A DNA stretch of 59,749 nt, filler included, from Sphacelaria rigidula (Eukaryota), in assembly GCA_964200075.2 (NCBI GenBank). It is 7 parts of 7 records of this genome, joined end to end, with 100 filler letters (N's around TTAATTAATTAA, not from the genome) between each part and the next. Parts side by side here need not be neighbours in the genome. Positions count along the whole stretch, not along the records: positions 51,301 to 59,749 come from CAXNAA020011098.1; 6 more parts are not named here. One strand, written 5' to 3'. The notes beneath the pieces were generated by a model. The model saw only the letters and a program-made list of their open reading frames with translations. It had not been told where the DNA came from and made no database searches. Below, piece by piece: positions 52,104-59,749 of this stretch (the stretch's first letter is position 1; each line of letters opens with the position of its first letter). A program made the position numbers and the translations under genes.

Positions 52104-55100
52104 CTCATTAGCGTAAGCACCGTTCTCCCGCGCGGTATCATCTTCCGCGATGCCCGACCCGACCGCTCCCGAACCTCCAGCTACCCGTCCGGACCCAAGC
52201 CTGCTGCCTGCACATGTAATTTGACGAACGGCCGGCGCGCGAAGGTATATGCACACATGTAACGGTATACTTTTATGTATTGGTCAAGACTGCGACCTGA
52301 GAAACCTGCATTCAGAAGTAGGTTGGCGGAACACAATCAACGTGCATGAAACCGCAGCGGGGAGATGGTTCCACACGTCGGGCAGATCATGATCTGTCTG
52401 GGACAAGAGATCAAAGAAGACTCTCAAATCCGTCGGTCCAAAGACACAAAATATGTGGCCGCGGAGTCAGAGAAGCCAAGGTGCAACCTTTGCGCTACTC
52501 GGCGTGCTCGGCGTCCGGCGCTGTAAGCAACAAACATGAAAACGGGGAGGGGAATCATCCGTATCATGATCCCGATCAGTATACTGAGAACAAATAATGT
52601 TCAGACGGATCACGACGTGTCCCACGTGTGGATGGTTCTCACACACCCCTGCCGATCAAGCGGAACCTCTTGGCGTTGACACTTGGGGGATGGGGTCCGA
52701 TTTCGGTGGGCGTTTGCAGTTTGAGCAGGCAAGCATTGAAATAAATCCCACTCCACTTCCCTGCACGTGATTAACTTGGGATGGAAACAGACTGAGAAAA
52801 AAACTAAAAACACGACAAAATTCGAGCTACCGCGCACCAGGCCGACTGACGGCCCAACGACGCCTTCACCATTGTCATCCGCCGAACCCTGGCGGGGCTG
52901 CGAATGGCCAGACTCTCGGGGCAACTGTCCTCGGGCACGTACTTCATTGGTTCTTGGTTGTTGATTTCGGGTTTTATTCTATGATCATGCCCCATGTCAG
53001 CCTCGCCCCACCAAGGAAAACCCCTATACTTTCCATCTATCCCCTTGCTTGATTCTCCTTCTTTTAATTGTATTTTGGTTTTGTTCACCTTGCGTACGTC
53101 CATCTTGCAAGCACGGCTAAATTCTTCGGGGATCACTTCATCTGCGGCAATCAATCCATCAAGCAATCGGTCCACCAAACAATCGAATCCTAACTCGCCC
53201 GCCTACCGCCACACAGCGTTAACTAAGAATTGGTCAAGTATTTTGTAATCGTCACAGCCGTAGGGCACGGCAAGTCGTTCCGAGATGGCACAATCTATCT
53301 AATACTAGGCCTTTCTCAGCTGATCACGTCATCAAAACGCGCAAAAAAACACCCTTCGGGTAGTTGTTCCTCAAACGCCACGAGAAGCGACCCAGGAATG
53401 CGCACTTTCCTCACCTGGAATCGTTTCCAGCCCCGACGACACCCCCATGGCCGCCGCCACCGTGGCAGCTGCCACCGCCGCCGCTGCGCCTGCCTTCTCC
53501 GGCTTGAGGAACGATAATATCACGATTTCGGCACAGGCATCACCTTGGACTATGGCGAGTGCCAGGAGCAGCGCGGCAATATCGTCTTGGGTGCCGAAGA
53601 AGGGTACGAGGATGCTCAGCCGCTTTCCCGAGGATGTTGATAACGCCGCCGAGTGGCAGTTGAGCGCGATCACTACCTGATATCGCGACATGACGGGAGC
53701 GCAAGATCGTTAGAAGCGAGAGGAGGCGGGGGGGGAAAGGGAAGGGGAGAAATGTTATCGAAGCAAGGCAACAGGAAAGTCATCAAAGTTGAGCGATGCG
53801 ACACAAAGCCAAGTCGATGAGACTCGGCGCGAGCCCAGCTGAGTACAGAGGCGACGAACACAGCGATATTGCACCTTACTCAGCCGAACCTCGCAATTTC
53901 TGCCACCGTCGCCACCGAACGAAAGATACAGCCACAGCAATAACAGCAGCAGCAGCAGCAACAACAACAACAACACTAGGGATGACGATAACAACAAAAA
54001 TGTTACTCGACACCGCACCACCACGGCTACCATTACCAGCATGACTCTTGCCTGACACTGTGCCGTGTGCATGAGTCTCTCCACTTGAGCGATCTGGTGG
54101 GTCGGATTGCTGGACTGCGTCTCCCAAGGGAACACCACGGTAGTGATCCCGTGCTCCTCGGTAAGCCGCCTGACGTCTTGGCAGTGGTCCGTCGCACCAC
54201 CCACGGAGATGTGACTGTGCACTTTGATCATGAGCAGCTCTAAGAAGCCCTGAAGCATGCTGGTCAAGCCGTCGTTGTGCAGGGTTTCGCCTGGTACATT
54301 TTCCAATTTCGTAGCAGGGTTGCGAGGGGGGCGTACTCATGATTCTGCATGCCGTAGTCGGGAGAACATTGGCGTTGTACCCCTACAAGCCTGGGACGGA
54401 GTACGCCGGGTTGTTTTCGTCGGACCAGGCTCGCCATGAATCACCAAGCGCGAAGCACCGTGATGTTTTCGGCGAGTCGCATGAACGATGAGCTGCATCC
54501 TACTAAGAATCTTCGACCAGAAGCGTGCTAATTATCTTGCACACGGATGACAGCCTCCAATGAGCTGCTCCGTTTTCTGGCACGGTCACTTCCAGATACA
54601 ATCCCGGGTCACACTGCCTCACGAGTGTCTCATCATTTCAACACTGCGTGGTGAGATCATCCATGTTGCGCGGAATCAAGGTTTTCTACCGCGCACAATA
54701 TGACGTAACTCGACCACCATCATGGGTACCGCAATAAAATCACACTCTGAACAATAGACGGCATCTACTGTAATAGCAAAATAATCTGCTGCGATAGACG
54801 CCAGTAATGTCGCCAGCCATGGCTATTGATCGACAGGTTTCTCTGTCCATTGCCGTCGGCAGTGGCTATCGATAGCCCCCTTCCGCACACTAATGCTCGG
54901 ACAGCAGTCTGTTGCGGCCCTACACCCAAAGCTATTGCGGCTATCTAAATATGTCGACAGATACCTTTCCGAATCTATTGATGACGGCAATGGCCATCGG
55001 TAGGCTGGTTGCCAAATCTATGGATGACGGCAATGACTATTGCTAGACTGTTTGCCGAATCCATTGATGGCGGCCATGGCTAGTGATAGATTGCGCACAA

Positions 55101-58100
55101 AATATGTTGATGACGGCAATGGCGATCGATGGACACATACCAGAAGCTACCGTGGTATATAATGCCCATTGATAGGTATCCTCTGTCGTCTACTGCCATG
55201 TCTACCATGCAATATACCGTGTACAGAGCATATGCTTTTTTGAAGTACGGTGGAGAGGCCGCAGGTGAACATGCGGTGGGTATATGATGATGGCCATACT
55301 TGCGAAAAAATGACGTAATGAGTCTGCAAATTCGGAACGGCTTTATGTTGTAGCAATCCGCGACATGTGTAGACAGAGGTTGACGAGTTTTATTTTTGGT
55401 GTGGTGTTGGTACTCAGGGTTCTACCTCTGATGGGCAAGAGCACTTGGACGCAGAGGTGATGTATGCTTATACCGTGGACGGTAGACGGTGACAAAGAAC
55501 GTTGCCGCCACAAGAGCCCCTAAAATGTGTATGTCAATGTCCATTGCCAGCCACAATCGACTGGCATCCTGTCTATCGAGGGCTACTGTAGGCGCCGATA
55601 GTTTCGGAACAAGGGACAGCATGTATCATTGCCGTGACAATGGAGTGGTCGAGACGTATATCAATGTATGTTACGTGTTGCTACAGACTGATTGAGGCTA
55701 CCACCAATGTCTATTGCTGCTCATAATAGGATCTGAATTGCGGCCACCAATGCATACTGCTGGTTACAACAGGATCTGAATCGCGTACACGAAAGGCTGT
55801 TGTTGACCACAATAGGATCTGAAACGCGGCCACCCATGTCTTTCCTGGTCACAATACGATCTGAAACGCAATCACCAATATCTAATGCTGGTCACAATAG
55901 GAGCCGAATGGTGTCGATCAACAGCTGCTTATACATACTTTCCGGTGGATGTTTCCACCATCCACAAACGCTGTTTTCAGCTATCGCCTCGGATAGTTAC
56001 AGGTGTACGTGTTCCGATCATTGCCGTTAATACCGGGAGACCACTGTTGCGAACAACATATATTTTTGTGTCTAGGATTACGTGTGAACGCTCCCGTGCA
56101 AGCTTACAATTAGACCTACTCTTAAAACAGTAAACTTCACAAACCCCTTCAGCTCGACGTCACCCTGCGACATTTTTCATTTTCGAAAGCTTGATGAGAT
56201 CGTGCAGTGTTTTCCCATCACCGTTCACCTCCGACGAGGGCGAGATTCGACCTACGACCTTCGACCCAAGCAGTCAATGCCCGGGAGTAAGCGCGAACTA
56301 GGCAATGCGCGGAACCCTGTGGATCTGACACTTTGATTCTAAAAAACGGAAATTCGATTCTGAAAAAAAAAATCAACTTCATATGCATACACGATAAATA
56401 CAGGATACGCCAGAACGCAACAAGAGCTTCTCTGTTCCCTTCGGACTAGAGTTTTCTTTCGGCCATGTCGCTGTTTATGTCTAGTATGTGTGACTGCATT
56501 GCGCAAAACACATGATAACGTGAGGTTGATCAGGTAGTGCAACGCTTTCTCCACCACCGTTCATCTATTTGCCGTTGCCTATAGACTTCCGCACGGAGCT
56601 TTTCGTCGGCCTTTCTCTGTTCTGTGTTTCTTAGATTCGATTTTCCGGGGTTCGGGGTTCGGTGAATTTAACAGCCGATTTGCCGCGTTTCGGTGGATTA
56701 TGGAGCCGATTTTCATCGTTTCTGTCATGGGGTAAGGGGATATGAAGAAATTTACGGAAACAATGGTTGATATTATGAAGATGCCGCCAACCCTAACGCA
56801 TATCCTAACCCTAACCCCGACCAAGGTATACCAAAAACCCTCGGGCAAGGGGGGTGCAAGGTGTTCCGTAGGCAAAGTGTGCGTTGCCAGAGCTCCAATC
56901 GACGCCCTTCAGCCGATTTTGGGCCAAAACACGTTCTAGACGAGCTGGGTCCACTGCTCACCACTGCTCACCTGCCCCAGACCATAATTTTTCTCAGAAC
57001 TTTCTTCAGTCTGAAGTCAAGTTAAATCGAGCGTCAACCATTGTTTACGTACATTTCGTAAGGTCTACTGCCTGGGGTTCGGGGTTCGGTGAATTTAACG
57101 GCCGATTTGCTCCATCATCGTTCACCTTCGACGAGGGCGAGATTCGACCTTCGACCCAAGCTGTCAGTGCCTGAGAGTATGCGCGTAATATGCAATACGC
57201 GGAACCCTCAAGGTGGATCTGACACTTTCATTCTGAAAAACGGAAATATATTTATGAAAAACGGAATTTTCAACTTTACAGGCGAGCCTTGCTACGGTAG
57301 GGGTGCACGTTTTTGGCGAAAATGTTTCTCGGGGTGTTGGACGAATCATTTTGAGAATCGGCATCATTTTTACTTGAAAAAGACTGAAAATGATGGCGAT
57401 TCACGAAAAGTCCCCTGCGTACACCTTCATGTCCGGTCCACGGATCTTTGGACTGCACAGTGAGCCCCATATATTTGGGCTCCTACAAAAAAGTGACCCA
57501 GAAGCAAAAACCCCTATCGTAGCATGGCTTATGCATCCCCGATAAATACAGGAGTCACCAGAACGCAAGAAGAGCATCTCTGTTCCCTTCGGACTAGAGT
57601 TTTCTTTCGGCCATGTCGCTGCGTATGTCTAATAATATGTGTGACTGTATTGCGCAAAACATATAATGACGTGAGGTTGATCAGGTAGCGGAATCTTTTC
57701 ATCACCGTTCACCCATTGTTATTTGTTGTTACCTGTTTGTAGACTTCCGCACGGCGCTTTTTTGGTCGACCCTTTTGTGTTTCTTGAATGTGATTTCTCA
57801 ATGGACGTCGTCGGTTGAGCTTTCTTCGTGCATTGTCGATGTACAGGTAGAGGTTGATACGGAAATTCTGAGGGATATTTCACCTTCCATTTTGTACACA
57901 AAAACATTACTTCTTCGTAAGCAAGATACAAACTGGGGGTGCGATACAGGTTGTTTCGCGAAGGTTTCCTGGTGTGCCTTTACTTTCAACAACGGTTTCG
58001 TAAAAATTGAGGGTAGAGCGCTGATTGAGAGCGGCTTTGATCATTCGCTGTAACTTAGCCAATTTTTCATTCCGTGTGTGCTTTCCCTTGCCTCCATTAC

Positions 58101-59177
58101 TGGCCTGTGCTCACAGCTACACCTCGACATCCTACTCAAGGGTATCAAGAGCCTCAGCGGCAAGCTAATACAGAAAGCATATCGGGCCTCGTGGAGGGGC
58201 ATTTCGGAACTGAAACGATTGATTAACCAATTGACCGCCTTTAACTCTACTCTCAATATCACGGAAACGTTATTTTTTCCGTGTTAACTTTGTTCAGTTG
58301 TTTGCAAGCAGTTTGTTTCGGAAAAAGGTCTTCTCATCATAATTTTTTCTCGCGGGGGGATTTCGTCCATGTGATCCGTCATGACCTCAGTAAATGAAGT
58401 CGCATCCTTTTTTCGTACCTAAGAAACATAGCTTTTTCCGTTTAATATACAATGTTTAATATGTATATGTTACAGCGAATTTCAACCAGCTGTTGCACAT
58501 AGAGATGTTGCTCTTTCGTAAGCAATACATCAACTTCCGAGCAAACTCCTACTATTGGAGAACAAATTCACTTTTTTCTCCGTGTTTCAGCTTCTTTTTT
58601 TTCAAAACGCATTGACCAACGTATTCGTGAGATTAAGAGTAGATCGCTGATTGAGAGTGGGTTTCATCGTTCCCTTTAAGTTGGCCATTTTTCCATTCCG
58701 TGTGCTCTTTTTTGCCTGTATCACTGGTATGTGCCTAGAGCTACATGTCGATATCCTACTCAGGGATATCGAGGGCTTCAGTGGCAAGCTACTCCAGAAA
58801 GCATATCGGGCCTCGTGGAGAGACATTTCGGAACTGAAACGATTCATTTACTAATTGAACGCTTTCCACTCTCAATCGCATCATCTACTCTCAATCTCAC
58901 GAAAACGCTGTTGTTGTCTATGACACATTCGGGTGTTCCGCGTTCTTCACAATTTTAAAACGATCTTCAAAATTCAGTGTGTATCATCCACGATTCCGCG
59001 CTCTCAACGTTCGCTTTCCTTAATTCCAATCATGCCACACCTATGCCGGATCTTTCTTCTTCTAATCACATATGACACAGTTTTATGACCATTACTTACA
59101 TCAGACATCTGGTTCAACCTCTTGGTAGGAGTCCTTACCTTTTCCATCTCCCTAATTGAATTAATTCCTTTCCTCGC
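52104..59177 (-). CDS. Cation/H+ antiporter (CHX/KHA1-type, CPA2) C-terminal cytosolic-domain exons, partial
   Basis: Core exons 54290-54052 (...DHCQDVRRLTEEHGITTVVFPW...VERLMHTAQCQ) and 53676-53415 (VVIALNCH...ILVPFFGTQDDIAALLLALAI) match the CHX tail motifs EDIC.LA...LIILPFH, VL..APCSVGILVDRG and FFGGxDDREAL. Weaker, phase-compatible candidate exons: 59177-59139, 55519-55474 and 52207-52104. Confidence 0.7.
54800..55140. repeat. Degenerate ~40-bp minisatellite (related array at ~59225-59400)
   Basis: Unit approximately aatctattgatgacggcaatggccatcgatagactggttgcc. Confidence 0.7.
55700..55910. repeat. Degenerate ~43-bp minisatellite
   Basis: Recurrent acaataggatctgaa.cgcggccacc motif, about 5 copies. 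Confidence 0.65.
56215..57765 (+). repeat. Local diverged duplication (56215-56610 versus 57115-57765) of a repeat element
   Basis: Shared blocks cgacgagggcgagattcgacct, tctgttcccttcggactagagttttctttcggccatgtcgctg and agacttccgcacgg. Confidence 0.8.
58005..58940 (+). repeat. Two tandem copies of dispersed repeat family A
   Basis: 58005-58270 and 58620-58940 share cagaaagcatatcgggcctcgtggag and catttcggaactgaaacgatt. Confidence 0.8.
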
Positions 59178-59659
59178 CTATCGAGGAGAAACGGCCCCAT
59201 CCAATCTTTGTATGTATGAATATCTCGATCCAAAACCTGTTGTGGCGGTATCGGCTAGCGATGGATGCCCCCCTACAATAGTCCATTATTGACGGCAATG
59301 TCTATCGATAGACACCCCCCAAATCCATTGTTGGTGGCAAATGTTATCGATAGATGGCTCACCAAACCTGTTGACTACGGCAATGACTATCGATGAATAC
59401 ATCCCAGAGTTTATCGCAGCGTACAATGTCCATATATGGCCAGTGACGATAATCTAGTGTGATTGAAATAGACTGTTGATCGACCCTTGAAGCATTTGTT
59501 GTTCCTTCCAATACATGTCAATACATGTGTTTCACCATCTACTGTGTTCGACAATAGACGTCGGTAGATTTTTCCCCGCATCTACTGTTAAAGCAATGGG
59601 CTATTGTTGTATCCATTGCTAAAGTGTGAAAAAAACGCAACCGCAGGTTTGGGGGAGGG

Positions 59660-59733
59660 GGGGGGGGGCGTACTACTTTGTTGCTTGCCTTAGTCGTTTG
59701 ACCATGGACCACGCATCCCTTTCGAGAGGGAGC
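59660..59733 (-). mobile_element. LINE 3' fragment (C-run-ended family)
   Basis: Reverse complement reads tctcgaaagggatgcgtggtccatggtcaaacgactaaggcaagcaacaaagtagtacg plus a C-run. Confidence 0.8.
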
Positions 59734-59749
59734 AGGGGGGCGGGGCGTT

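Noticed and set aside
52804-53400. Coding-like minus-strand fragment (VDRLLDGLIAADEVIPEEFSRAC...)
   Set aside because: It lies in a predicted intron, is interrupted by stops and cannot be assigned to a family; probably a transposon relic.
53876-54340. 154-aa minus ORF starting MSTPPSQ
   Set aside because: It is an alternative frame over the CHX-like exon, and its ATG derives from a LINE-tail trace (atgagtacgccccc).

Overview
Eukaryotic, intron-rich, repeat-rich DNA that looks like a brown alga (Phaeophyceae); this taxonomy is inferred from gene structure, FNIP repeats and retroelement tails. The window is not one locus. It is seven independent ~8,450-bp contigs joined by identical 100-bp artificial linkers (N44-TTAATTAATTAA-N44), so synteny across the linkers means nothing. 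I reconstructed spliced genes by hand from splice signals and reading-frame phase. Contig 1: a secreted protein made of 78-aa, 12-Cys tandem repeats with a hypervariable loop. Contig 2: a complete 5-exon secreted protein with a possible bulb-lectin-like C-terminus, plus MITEs. Contig 3: an FNIP-repeat protein. Contig 4: five internal exons of a CLEC16A/TT9-like gene. Contig 5: a PHD-finger exon and a degraded IS630/Tc1/mariner-like transposase that can be spliced in frame to either of two duplicated AP2/integrase-arm-like first exons. Contig 6: a probable Academ-like transposon remnant and the first exon of an unknown gene. Contig 7: C-terminal exons of a CHX/KHA1-type cation/H+ antiporter with a GC-AG intron. 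The remainder is LINE 3' ends (one family ending in C-runs), MITEs, dispersed repeats and micro/minisatellites. All family assignments come from motif recognition, not database searches.
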